Positions 34,440 to 44,025 of a stretch of DNA of 64,000 nt are shown here, one piece after another (positions within the stretch are counted from its first letter, which is position 1; each line of letters begins with the position of its first letter). Below the pieces are notes generated by a model that did no database searches, was not told the DNA's origin, and saw only the letters and a program-made list of their open reading frames with translations. This DNA comes from an uncultured virus (IMG/VR IMGVR_UViG_3300034200_001934). Its lineage: Duplodnaviria; Heunggongvirae; Uroviricota; Caudoviricetes. The stretch lies in the IMG/VR virus record IMGVR_UViG_3300034200_001934, one strand, 5' to 3'. Position numbers and translations under genes: made by a program.

Positions 34440-35933
34440 TTAGTAACCTATATCGTCTGGTCCAATTGAATCTAAATCGGGAATTAGATTATTTGCAATA
34501 TCTGGTTGATAATCAGATTCATATATTGGTTCAATTTCAGTAAATGACATTCCCATTGTTACCGAAATTGGTTGTCCTGGTGCTTCTTCATCAACATAAG
34601 AAGCCCACTGACTTTCTGGAGTATAGTTCACACTAAAACCAGTTAAAGCGCATAGTTTAAATCTATTGAGACCTTTTATTGCACCACCATTGCTCTTATA
34701 TGTTAATTTAAAGATGTTAGGGGTTCCAAGGAATAAAGATCCTGCACCAGCACCTGCACCAGCATTTAATTTTCTTGCTGCCATCCCTTGCTTGAAAAAT
34801 CTAATAATTCTTCTAACATTTCTTGCTTCTAGTTTACTTCTTGGAGTTAACTTATACCCAAAGTTAAAATCTCTTAGTGTAGGTGAATTAAAGAGTAATT
34901 CTAAGTTTGAGTTTGGAACTATGCCAAGACCTCTTGCTAGTATTGTTTCTGGTGGTACTTCAAATCCAAATTGTTTTGCTGCATATGAAGTTAAAACAGA
35001 TTTTAACTGTTCTGCTACTGCTTGATTTTGTAGTGCATTGACTCCACCTGCTTGACTTGCCATAGATAATAGTTGAATTAACTGAGTTGCATCAAAACCA
35101 GTAAATGCTCCTGTTGCTTTTCCTGCTGCTATTTTTGCAACTGTAGCTGCTGGATTTTTGTTTATATCTGAAATTAATGCTGCTGTCAAATTGTTCATTG
35201 AATCTGGGCCCCAAGAAACAGAATTATTATCTTTTACATCATTGGGTATAGGCAATATTACAATTTTATCTTCCCCCTGAAGAACAGCACTATTTCTTTG
35301 CAATCCATTAAGCAAAATATCCTTCAATTCACCACTTAAAAATGCCTCTCCTGATGGTGATTTGTATCTATACTGATTTATTTGTAGTATATCTTGTCTA
35401 GTCTCCAATAAATCAAATGGGTAAATGAGAAGTCCTTTTGCTGCCCTTCCAAATAATTCATCTTCATTTCTACTTGGGAATGTTAATGGTTGCCCTGTTC
35501 CCAATCCTCCACCGTTAGCACCAGTTAATCCTCCAGTGTTTGTTTGTGTTGGTTGTGGTAATTGTGATGGTTGTCCAACCACAGGTGCTCTTGCCACATC
35601 TAAAAATGATGGTTTTATTGCTCCTCCAGCAGTCCCTCCCAATACTGCTCTTTTCTTTTTTACTTCATTTTTAATTTCTTGATATAATGCATCTATATTT
35701 GCTTGCCCAAATGTGCTCACTGCATTTTGAGTAAATGATCCATTTCTAAAAATATACTCACAAGGATCATTTAAATCTGGTTGATTGAAAATATTAATTC
35801 CTACTCTTCTTACTACATCAACATTCCCATTTTCTGGATCATATCTCAAATCATAATCTGAGGTTGGGCACGGTGCTCCCTGTTGTCTTTTTAGTGATGT
35901 GATTATGAATTCTTTTAAAACTTGCGATGCCAT
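34440..35933 (-). CDS. gp48: Baseplate tail-tube cap
   Basis: LELLFNSPTLRDFNFGYKLTPRSKLEA..V..II.FFK, CAL...VNYTP, FTEIEP. Confidence 0.85.
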   Translation of the reverse strand: MASQVLKEFIITSLKRQQGAPCPTSDYDLRYDPENGNVDVVRRVGINIFNQPDLNDPCEYIFRNGSFTQNAVSTFGQANIDALYQEIKNEVKKKRAVLGGTAGGAIKPSFLDVARAPVVGQPSQLPQPTQTNTGGLTGANGGGLGTGQPLTFPSRNEDELFGRAAKGLLIYPFDLLETRQDILQINQYRYKSPSGEAFLSGELKDILLNGLQRNSAVLQGEDKIVILPIPNDVKDNNSVSWGPDSMNNLTAALISDINKNPAATVAKIAAGKATGAFTGFDATQLIQLLSMASQAGGVNALQNQAVAEQLKSVLTSYAAKQFGFEVPPETILARGLGIVPNSNLELLFNSPTLRDFNFGYKLTPRSKLEARNVRRIIRFFKQGMAARKLNAGAGAGAGSLFLGTPNIFKLTYKSNGGAIKGLNRFKLCALTGFSVNYTPESQWASYVDEEAPGQPISVTMGMSFTEIEPIYESDYQPDIANNLIPDLDSIGPDDIGY

Positions 35934-36431
35934 TTATGGTGAGTCCCACACTCTGTATTTTGGTACTTTTTGTCCTCTTTTATCAACAAAACTTTCTGTT
36001 GGTAATAATGAGACACCAACCCAATCATTTTTTGGAACCTTAAACATTTCTGTCACAACACCAGAAAAAAGATACTTGTGTAAGGTTTTTTTAGGCGCAT
36101 TTGATATTCCTAATTTATTTATCAATGATTTAGCAACTCCTCCTCTATATTGTGGATTGAGGTAATGTAAATTTGCCCCAACAAAGTATCCTTCTCTTGG
36201 ATTTACTTCTATGATATATGATAATGGATGTTGGTCCCACCATTCATATTTTTGTGGATATTTAGCAGAATACAAAAAGAATACTAAGTCACCAGGAATT
36301 ATAAAATTTGTATCAAATTCATTTATATTTTTCCTTTGATATGTACTAAGTTCGTTCATTAGTTGGTTTGTCCACCAATTAGTGCTTCTAAATCTTTTTC
36401 CTGCTTGTTTTTTTAGTTCTTCGGAAATCAT
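35934..36431 (-). CDS. gp2: DNA end protector-like protein
   Basis: FLYSAK...WDQHPL, GANLHYL, HKYL, LLPTESF. Confidence 0.75.
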   Translation of the reverse strand: MISEELKKQAGKRFRSTNWWTNQLMNELSTYQRKNINEFDTNFIIPGDLVFFLYSAKYPQKYEWWDQHPLSYIIEVNPREGYFVGANLHYLNPQYRGGVAKSLINKLGISNAPKKTLHKYLFSGVVTEMFKVPKNDWVGVSLLPTESFVDKRGQKVPKYRVWDSP

Positions 36432-36895
36432 TTTACTGGTATCCCCAATTCTTTTTCTGTTAGAATTCTAAATTCATATTTTCTATCTGCACACCACTCC
36501 TTTGCTGCTTTCCATTTTGCTTGATTTACTGCCCAGGTTTTTACTCTATATGCCCAAGACTTAGTTTTTCTTTTTGGATTTTGTTCTGGCATATTTAAAT
36601 CTTTTTGTGGTTTTATTTCAACAACTAAAGTTCTAGGAATACCATTTTTATCTCTGTACTTAACAAAAAAATCAGGAAAATACCTATGAACTTTATTATC
36701 AATTGGTGAAATATATGGTATAAAAAATTCTTCAGATCTCCACTCGTTTACACTTTCTGTAAGATCGCAATATTGCATAAATTTCAATTCATAAGATGAT
36801 CGATAAACTATATTAGTTGGATCACCTTTATACTTTTCTGGTTTTGATGGTCTAAATTTTCCTTGCCGATACCCAGAATCGTCCTTATGTGGCAT
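36428..36895 (-). CDS. gp4: Head completion nuclease
   Basis: KYKGDPTNIVYRSSYE, HRYFPDF, VEIKP, NQAKWKAA. Confidence 0.9.
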   Translation of the reverse strand: MPHKDDSGYRQGKFRPSKPEKYKGDPTNIVYRSSYELKFMQYCDLTESVNEWRSEEFFIPYISPIDNKVHRYFPDFFVKYRDKNGIPRTLVVEIKPQKDLNMPEQNPKRKTKSWAYRVKTWAVNQAKWKAAKEWCADRKYEFRILTEKELGIPVK

Positions 36896-36932
36896 ACATA
36901 GTATAGATGTTTTCTTAAAGAATATTTATCCG

Positions 36933-37703
36933 ATGGCAGGACAAGGAGCAGGATATCCTGAGATTGGTCCACTTTATATGTCAACAACTTTGCCTAGAGT
37001 AAATCCTACTCTTGCTGGAGCAATAGATGTTTTTGGTGCCTTATCTCAAACAAGTCAATTTAAAGTATCTCTACACTTGACTAATGGGCAAGGTGGATTG
37101 GATGGTGGTGACACTGAATTAATGACTTGGTTAAAAGATGCAAATTTAACTAGAGATCCAGCACAAAATACATATTATGATTTCTTTTGTTCAGAGGCAT
37201 CTCTCCCTGGAGCAACTTTTGACGTTACCGAAGAATCGGGAAGTCGTCAAGGAGTAATTGAGAAATTCCCAATGAGAAGAATATATCCAGAGTTTACGAT
37301 GACTTTTTATGTCGATAATGATTATCGATTAATAAGATTATTTGAAGAGTGGATGAATTATATAAATCCAGTATATACATCTGGTGGAATATATCCAGTA
37401 TCAGATAAAGGGCAGGGAGGAGCAAAGGATAGAGACAATTTCTTTAAAGTAAGATACCCAAACACATATAAGAGAATTATTTCTATAACCAAATTTGAAA
37501 GAAATTTTAGGGAACAGCCAGGAACTTCTGGAGGAGCACTTGGAAATCTTCCCACTATAACCTATAGAATGATTGATGCTTTTCCTACCAATATTACTGC
37601 TCTACCATTATCATATGAAGGTTCAACAATAACAAAAACTACCGTGACATTTGACTATTCAAGATACGTTATCGAAAGAAATGAAGGAACGATACGTCCA
37701 TAA
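36933..37703 (+). CDS. Tail-tube family protein (gp19/gp54-like)
   Basis: CSEASLPG, MTFYVD.DY....FEEWM, AFPTNI...LSY, TVTFDY. Confidence 0.75.
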   Translation: MAGQGAGYPEIGPLYMSTTLPRVNPTLAGAIDVFGALSQTSQFKVSLHLTNGQGGLDGGDTELMTWLKDANLTRDPAQNTYYDFFCSEASLPGATFDVTEESGSRQGVIEKFPMRRIYPEFTMTFYVDNDYRLIRLFEEWMNYINPVYTSGGIYPVSDKGQGGAKDRDNFFKVRYPNTYKRIISITKFERNFREQPGTSGGALGNLPTITYRMIDAFPTNITALPLSYEGSTITKTTVTFDYSRYVIERNEGTIRP

Positions 37704-37734
37704 ATACTAATAACTGATTTTTTTATGGGTTATT

Positions 37735-38463
37735 ATGCCATTACCAAAAATATCTGCTCCAACATATGAGTTGGATTTGCCTTCATCTGGAAAGACTATA
37801 AAATATAGACCATTTTTAGTAAGAGAAGAAAAAATACTTATTCTTGCATTAGAAAGTCAAGATACAAAACAAATTACTACTGCAATTAAGCAGGTGCTAA
37901 AAGAGTGTATTATTACAAAGGGAATTAAAGTTGAGGAACTCCCAACTTTTGATATTGAATATATTTTCTTAAATGTCAGAGGCAAATCTGTTGGAGAGAG
38001 TATTGATTTAATTGTTACTTGTTATGATGACGGAGAAACTCAAGTTCCCGTTACTGTTTATATTGATGAAGTAAAAGTACATAAAGACCCCAACCATAAG
38101 GTAGATATACATCTTGATAGTAAATTGATTTTGAGGATGAAATATCCATCATTAGACCAATTCATTAAAAATAATTTTGATTTTAGTTCAGCACAAAGTG
38201 AGTCAAATATCGAAAAGTCTTTTGATATCATTGCATCTTGTATTGATATGGTTTACAATGATGAAGATTCTTGGGCGGCATCAGATTGTACGAAGAAAGA
38301 ATTGGTTGAGTTTATAGAACAAATGAATTCTAACCAATTTAAACTAATTGAAACTTTCTTTGAAACAATGCCAAAATTATCTCATACGATTACTGTTAAA
38401 AATCCAAAAACAGGTGTTGAAAATACAGTTAAGTTGGAAGGACTAACAAGTTTTTTCGGTTAA
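37735..38463 (+). CDS. gp26: gp26 baseplate hub / assembly protein
   Basis: MPLPKI..PTYEL, YRPFLVREEKIL, DIEYIFL.VRGKSVGE, FFETMPKL, LEGLTSFF. Confidence 0.88.
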   Translation: MPLPKISAPTYELDLPSSGKTIKYRPFLVREEKILILALESQDTKQITTAIKQVLKECIITKGIKVEELPTFDIEYIFLNVRGKSVGESIDLIVTCYDDGETQVPVTVYIDEVKVHKDPNHKVDIHLDSKLILRMKYPSLDQFIKNNFDFSSAQSESNIEKSFDIIASCIDMVYNDEDSWAASDCTKKELVEFIEQMNSNQFKLIETFFETMPKLSHTITVKNPKTGVENTVKLEGLTSFFG

Positions 38464-38491
38464 TTATGGCTCATATGGAACTTGAGTCATA
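38451..38491 (+). other. Putative programmed -1 ribosomal frameshift signal
   Basis: T-TTT-TTC heptamer in the gp26 frame, 7-nt spacer, 9-bp stem TATGGCTCA/TGAGTCATA; the -1 frame runs into gp51. Confidence 0.65.
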
Positions 38492-38645
38492 TTTTAGAAT
38501 TAACTTTGCCTTGATGCAGTTCCATAAATACTCATTGACTGAGATTGAAAATATGATGCCTTGGGAACGTGATATTTACGTTGGATTATTGCAACAGCAT
38601 ATAGAAGAAGAAAAGTTGAAACAACAACAAGCAAATGCCAGTTAG
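38466..38645 (+). CDS. gp51: gp51-like baseplate hub assembly protein (59 aa)
   Basis: NFALMQFHKYSLTEIENMMPWERDIYV, read by hand. Confidence 0.8.
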   Translation: MAHMELESYFRINFALMQFHKYSLTEIENMMPWERDIYVGLLQQHIEEEKLKQQQANAS

Positions 38646-40530
38646 TTCCCTGCTATCACCAGAAAAAATTGTAGGAGGAAGAAGAGTATCTCTGGATTCC
38701 TTTCAGAACTTTGTTTCTGGTGGTGCTCCACTTGGGAGTTCTGTTGTTTCTAGTGCGGCAAATAATGTTGTAGGTTTTCAAAGAGCATCTGTTAGACCAG
38801 TAACACCTGATTTAAGTTCAATTGTTAACACAATTTCTTCAAATATTCTTAGTCAGGTTTCTAGCCAGATAGAAAGTGTAACTAATATAACCAATAAAAA
38901 TGTAGATGCAAAAGTACAGCAGGTTCGTTCAGAGGTAACTAGAGAGATACAACCTCTTTACACAAAGCAAGAAAATAATATAACACAATTACAGTCTGCT
39001 GTTACCAATATAACTCAACAGGCAGACTCTACTATAACTAAACTTGTTGAAGAATATAGAAAAAAAGTTTCTGAAGTTGATGACGCAAAACCAACTGGAA
39101 TTCTTGGAAACTTCTTAAAAGTTTTCAAAGGTGCTTTAGACTTTATTCAATTCTTTGCAAGTAAGAAAAATTTAGATAATTTAGATTCAAATCTAAAGTC
39201 ATTACAAAAAATATTTACAGATAGTTTTGAAGTAGCAAAACTAATTAGAAATACTATTAATAAAATAGTTGGACAATTATCAAATCTTCCTAAAGCATCA
39301 CCATCCGGAAGTCCAGGATTAAATATTGATTTAAAGGTTCCCGAACAAGGATTAAAACAAACTGCCCCAAGAGGAATGGGGAACTTAATGAAAAAAGGTG
39401 GGATGTTTGCACTTGGTGCTGGTGGATTAGCAGCAGGAGCAGGTGTAGTTAATGCTCTTTCTGATACAGGAGTTGCACCCGTTCAACAGCAACCAGGATT
39501 CCTTGGAGGATTAGTCGAGGGTCTTGGTGGAATTGTTGATTCATTTACTTCTGCAGTTAATAGTCTAATCAAAGGTTCTAATGATAAGTCTGGAGGAACT
39601 TCTGGTGGAGGAGGAGGTGGGGGAGGTGGTACTAAAACTGGTCCTGGTGGTGGTCCTTCTACTGCTCCTGGTGGTCCCACTGGAAAACCAGGAGTTACAA
39701 CAACTGGAGAAAAGGGAGTTTTAGATTTAATTGCCTCTGTTGAACAAGGTCCGGAAGGATATGATAGTTTTAATACAAGTGCAGGAAAAACTCCAGGAAA
39801 AGCAACAGAACAAACTATTGGGTGGTTATCTAAAAATGCAAGAGGAGCGATTGGTAGATATCAACAAATGCCACAATATCTTTTAGAAAGAGCACAGAGA
39901 GCTGGATTTGATGCAAATACTAAATTTACCCCAGAAGTTCAAGATGCTATTACCTTAAATGAACTTAGATCAAGTCATGGACTGAATGAGTTTTTGTCTG
40001 GGAAAATAACAGAGGAACAATTTTTACAAAAACTTGCCCCAACTTGGAGAGGTCTTCCTCAGGGAGAAATTAATTCTAGAAAACTTGGTGGGACACCAGA
40101 AATGACATATCAAGATAGATATGCCAATCGTAATAAAGCTGGAAAATCATATAGTGTAGTCATAAACGAATTAAAGAGGATTAGGGGGGGTGGAAACCAA
40201 CCCACTAAAGTTGCTGAAGTGAAAGGGCAAGGTGGTCCCGATTTACCAGATTGGAAATTATCACCAGAAAAGAGAGAAGAATTAAAAAATATGGCAACTA
40301 AGGTTGCTCAGCCACCACCATCCCAAGCAGCACCAAGTGTAAATGTGATGCCATTTGATTTCGGCACACAGATGCCACAACAGAAATCTTCTGGTTCACA
40401 ATCCCCATCTTCTGGTCCTGCGGCACCTGCTGGAGCACAAGGTCCAACTGCACCATTTTTACCTGCAGGAAACCCAGACAATTTCCTAATTCTTTACTCA
40501 AAAATAATCTATAATATTGTTGACGGATAA
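38635..40530 (+). CDS. Tape-measure-like tail protein with a lysozyme-fold domain
   Basis: Helical N-terminus, Gly linker, LDLIASVE...AIGRYQ...FTPEVQD...LAPTWRGLP. Confidence 0.65.
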   Translation: MPVSSLLSPEKIVGGRRVSLDSFQNFVSGGAPLGSSVVSSAANNVVGFQRASVRPVTPDLSSIVNTISSNILSQVSSQIESVTNITNKNVDAKVQQVRSEVTREIQPLYTKQENNITQLQSAVTNITQQADSTITKLVEEYRKKVSEVDDAKPTGILGNFLKVFKGALDFIQFFASKKNLDNLDSNLKSLQKIFTDSFEVAKLIRNTINKIVGQLSNLPKASPSGSPGLNIDLKVPEQGLKQTAPRGMGNLMKKGGMFALGAGGLAAGAGVVNALSDTGVAPVQQQPGFLGGLVEGLGGIVDSFTSAVNSLIKGSNDKSGGTSGGGGGGGGGTKTGPGGGPSTAPGGPTGKPGVTTTGEKGVLDLIASVEQGPEGYDSFNTSAGKTPGKATEQTIGWLSKNARGAIGRYQQMPQYLLERAQRAGFDANTKFTPEVQDAITLNELRSSHGLNEFLSGKITEEQFLQKLAPTWRGLPQGEINSRKLGGTPEMTYQDRYANRNKAGKSYSVVINELKRIRGGGNQPTKVAEVKGQGGPDLPDWKLSPEKREELKNMATKVAQPPPSQAAPSVNVMPFDFGTQMPQQKSSGSQSPSSGPAAPAGAQGPTAPFLPAGNPDNFLILYSKIIYNIVDG

Positions 40531-42500
40531 TGGCAAAAACAATTTCTTCACCCTTAGTTGCTGCTGCTAATTCCATTTCCTCAATGGGAAATACTTCCAA
40601 TAAAAATTTTGCGGAGGTAAAAAAAAGTTATAAAGGTTTAATTGACTTTTTAGATATTAATGTAGAGCAGATTGAATCAATAAAATTACCAAAACAAAAT
40701 AAAATAAAAGAATTAGCAAATATAAACATTGCATCAAATTTTGGTTCTGCTGGAAACCTTTTAAGAAATCTTGCTTCTGGTGCATTTGATGCTGCTAGTT
40801 TTGTTAGTAACTTTTTCCCAGGTGGTGGTGATGTAGGTAAACCAAAAGGTCCTGCAGGAAAACCAAAAGCACCAACTGCTCTGGGTTCAAAATTAAGATT
40901 TAGTGGATTCAGATCAATTGGAATTGCAAATGCTATTTTTGCTGGACTTGATTTTGCAACTGGTCTCAAGGAAGGTGAAAGTGTAGGAAAAGCAGCAGCA
41001 GGAGCAGGTGGTTCTCTTGCTGGTTCATTACTGGGTGGAGCAATTGGGCAAACACTTATTCCAATTCCAGGAGTTGGATTTGTTCTTGGTAGTATGGCAG
41101 GTGGACTACTTGGTGGTTATGCTGCAGATAGAGCAGTTGAAGCAACATCAGGAAAACCAGACATACAGAAAAAACAAGAAGAAAGATTAAAGGCACAGGA
41201 AGAACGTCAAAAAGCACTAACACAAGATGACAAAAGAGTTCCTTCTCTTCTAAGAAGATTTTCAGAAACTGTTGATAGTTTTGAAAAGTTTGCCAACCAA
41301 ACATTTAGGTCTGTTATGACTGCTGCTGGTGCAGAAGATATGCCAATGGATTATGGTATAGATTCATCTATTCTTCCTAGTCCAGAAGAGATGCCAGGAG
41401 AGTTGCAAGATATAAGAGCAGAAGGGGGGGAATTACCAAGTAAAGAAGTTTCATCTTCATATGGTTGGAGATGGGGAAGGATGCATAGTGGAGTTGATTA
41501 TCCAAGACCAAATGGTCTCCCAATAAGTGTAATTCAACCAGGAAAAGTATCTCAAGCAGGTTGGATTGATGGTTATGGTTATTCGGTAACAGTTTCTCAT
41601 CCAGGAGGAACTGCTAGTTTTTATGCTCATATGAGTAAAATAAATGTTAAGAGTGGTCAGGCAATTGAACCTGGAACAGTAATCGGTAATGTTGGAAGTA
41701 CGGGTAGATCTACAGGACCACACGTTCATTTTGAAGTTCTTAGAGGTGGAAAACCAGTATCAATACCAAATAATGAAGGTGACAAATATTTTAGATTTGG
41801 AGGAAATGTAAAAGTTGTCTCCAAAAAACCAGCAGGAATGCAATCTGGAGCACCAACAGCAGTAATAACAGCAGGAAATACTGATACTGATCCAAAAAAA
41901 GCTGCCGAAAATATTAAAAAATCTATTGAAGAACTAAAGAGTAAGGGATATAATGTAGTTATTGTTCCACCGTCTCAACAACAAGGTGGTGTTGGAGCAG
42001 CAATAGAAAAAACAGCAAAGCAGTCCGGTGCTACTGTAGAAAAAGTATCCAATATGGATACAACTTCAATGAAGTCATTGCAGGAAAAATACAAAGGAGC
42101 AAGATTTATTGGAGATGGAAATAAAGGCAGTGAGAATATATTGCAACAAATTCAATCAATGCAAAAAGTAAGAGCAGTTGGTGGATCGGAATTTGATATT
42201 AACTCAATGACTCCAGAACAAATACAAGAATATCAACAATATGTTATGGGTGTTCCTACTAATCAAATGGTTCGAGCAGTTGAATCATACCCAGCATATA
42301 ATGCACCAGGACAATCTTCTATAACTTATATACCAATTATGATGGGTTCTTCTGGTGGAGGTTCTTCACCCCAGAGACCAGTAATTATATCAGGTGGAGG
42401 TGGTGGAGGAGGAACAGTTATTCTTCCAGGACCAACAGAAGGACAAGTGGTAAATAGTTTAATGAAAACTATGTTGTTAACTAATTTATCAGGTTCATAA
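40530..42500 (+). CDS. Tail/baseplate protein with M23 peptidase domain
   Basis: Gly-zipper segment, HSGVD, YAH, GRSTGPHVHFE. Confidence 0.75.
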   Translation: MAKTISSPLVAAANSISSMGNTSNKNFAEVKKSYKGLIDFLDINVEQIESIKLPKQNKIKELANINIASNFGSAGNLLRNLASGAFDAASFVSNFFPGGGDVGKPKGPAGKPKAPTALGSKLRFSGFRSIGIANAIFAGLDFATGLKEGESVGKAAAGAGGSLAGSLLGGAIGQTLIPIPGVGFVLGSMAGGLLGGYAADRAVEATSGKPDIQKKQEERLKAQEERQKALTQDDKRVPSLLRRFSETVDSFEKFANQTFRSVMTAAGAEDMPMDYGIDSSILPSPEEMPGELQDIRAEGGELPSKEVSSSYGWRWGRMHSGVDYPRPNGLPISVIQPGKVSQAGWIDGYGYSVTVSHPGGTASFYAHMSKINVKSGQAIEPGTVIGNVGSTGRSTGPHVHFEVLRGGKPVSIPNNEGDKYFRFGGNVKVVSKKPAGMQSGAPTAVITAGNTDTDPKKAAENIKKSIEELKSKGYNVVIVPPSQQQGGVGAAIEKTAKQSGATVEKVSNMDTTSMKSLQEKYKGARFIGDGNKGSENILQQIQSMQKVRAVGGSEFDINSMTPEQIQEYQQYVMGVPTNQMVRAVESYPAYNAPGQSSITYIPIMMGSSGGGSSPQRPVIISGGGGGGGTVILPGPTEGQVVNSLMKTMLLTNLSGS

Positions 42501-43807
42501 TGTCAGTAGCAGTATCACGATTAAGTTTTAAGCAAGTAGTAATAGAATCAACGGATGGGGAAACCAAAGTTGATGTTACTAACTCACTAATTTTTATTGA
42601 TTATTTTGAGGATATTTTATCTCCTTGTGTTACTATGGAGATGCATTTATTTAATAGTTCGTCTTTACTGAATATTCTACCGATTCGTGGAGGAGAAAGA
42701 GTAGCAATTTCTTTAGATACTGCATTTGGTGAATTTGAACTTGATGGTGAGAATTCCATGTATGTTTATAAAGCTAGTGGAATGAATCAAACAACTACTA
42801 GGGAAATGTTTAAATTGAGTTTAGTATCCAGAGAAGGGTTAACTAATGAAACTGCAAGGTGTCAAAAGAAATATACTGGGAATATCAAAACAACGGTAGA
42901 AAGTATATTAAAAGATGTTTTAAAGACTGAAAAATATAAAGAAGAAAATATAGAGGGAACTGCAAATTCATATGCATTTATTGGAAACCAGAAAAAACCA
43001 TTTCATATTTTAACTTGGTTGTGTCCAAAATCAATGCCGCAATATTCTGGAGGAGTTTCTGGAGGAAATAAAGATGGATTGGCAAAAGGAACCGCAGGAT
43101 TTTTATTTTTTGAAAATAAAGATGGATTTAATTTCAAAAGCATTGATAATTTAGTATCAAATGCAAAACTAGGAGAATCCTCATCAGATTTAAAAAACAT
43201 ACCATATTATTTTTATACAGAAATTAATGATCAAAATAAAGTGGTAAATGATTTTAAAATTTTAAATTATAACTTTGAAAAGAATATTGATTTGATGAAA
43301 TCTCTTAGGGTTGGCATGTATTCAAATAAAACATATTTCTATGACTTGTATACTAATACGTTAAATCAATACACATATTACTTAAAGAATGAAATTAAAA
43401 ATAAATTAGGCACAAATGATGATATTCCAGTTCCAAAAGGATTTGAGGAATCTATAACAAGATTGATGTTTAGAACATCTGATAGGGGTGTTCTTGATAA
43501 TCAGGGGGTAACGAAAGATTCCGGAAGAGATGTTGCCGATATGGCAAAGGCATTTTCTAGATATAATATTTTGTTCACTCAAGCACTAAATATGAATGTG
43601 CCATGTAATATCAATCTAAAAGCTGGTGATGTAATATATGCAGAATTTCCTGCAATAGAAAGAACAGATAATAAAGAACCAGACAAAGATCAAAGTGGTT
43701 TTTATTTAATAAAAGAAGTGAGACACCATTTTGAAGCACAACAGGTTGTTTCCAGTCTAAGGTTGATTCGAGATAGTTATGGACTTTATGGGTCACAAAA
43801 TGCTTAA
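42500..43807 (+). CDS. Baseplate hub protein (gp27-like)
   Basis: YFEDILSP, LPIRGGE, FLFFENKDGFNFKSID; position before gp5. Confidence 0.6.
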   Translation: MSVAVSRLSFKQVVIESTDGETKVDVTNSLIFIDYFEDILSPCVTMEMHLFNSSSLLNILPIRGGERVAISLDTAFGEFELDGENSMYVYKASGMNQTTTREMFKLSLVSREGLTNETARCQKKYTGNIKTTVESILKDVLKTEKYKEENIEGTANSYAFIGNQKKPFHILTWLCPKSMPQYSGGVSGGNKDGLAKGTAGFLFFENKDGFNFKSIDNLVSNAKLGESSSDLKNIPYYFYTEINDQNKVVNDFKILNYNFEKNIDLMKSLRVGMYSNKTYFYDLYTNTLNQYTYYLKNEIKNKLGTNDDIPVPKGFEESITRLMFRTSDRGVLDNQGVTKDSGRDVADMAKAFSRYNILFTQALNMNVPCNINLKAGDVIYAEFPAIERTDNKEPDKDQSGFYLIKEVRHHFEAQQVVSSLRLIRDSYGLYGSQNA

Positions 43808-43815
43808 GAGAAAAA

Positions 43816-44025
43816 ATGGAACTCCAAAATTTAATTAACGATATCTGCGAAGAACTAGAAAGTCCTTCAATAAATAGACAGAGAAGCAGATACTTAAAAA
43901 ATTATCTGTCAGAATTACTGGAATATCAAAGTAACCATCCAGAAGAAACCGCAGTTCCAACTCATTTAGAGTTATACTGCGATCTAAACCCAGGCGCACC
44001 TGAATGCAGAATTTTCGATGATTGA
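43816..44025 (+). CDS. cp12: CP12 Calvin-cycle inhibitor, phage type
   Basis: C-terminal LELYCDLNPGAPECRIFDD. Confidence 0.9.
   Translation: MELQNLINDICEELESPSINRQRSRYLKNYLSELLEYQSNHPEETAVPTHLELYCDLNPGAPECRIFDD

Noticed and set aside
36428..36895. TnsA-like nuclease suggesting a transposon
   Set aside because: It matches T4-like gp4 head completion protein in normal synteny with gp2 and gp48; no transposon ends seen.
39592..39690. GGT/GGA-rich tract as G-quadruplex or repeat element
   Set aside because: Explained by a poly-Gly linker in the tail protein.
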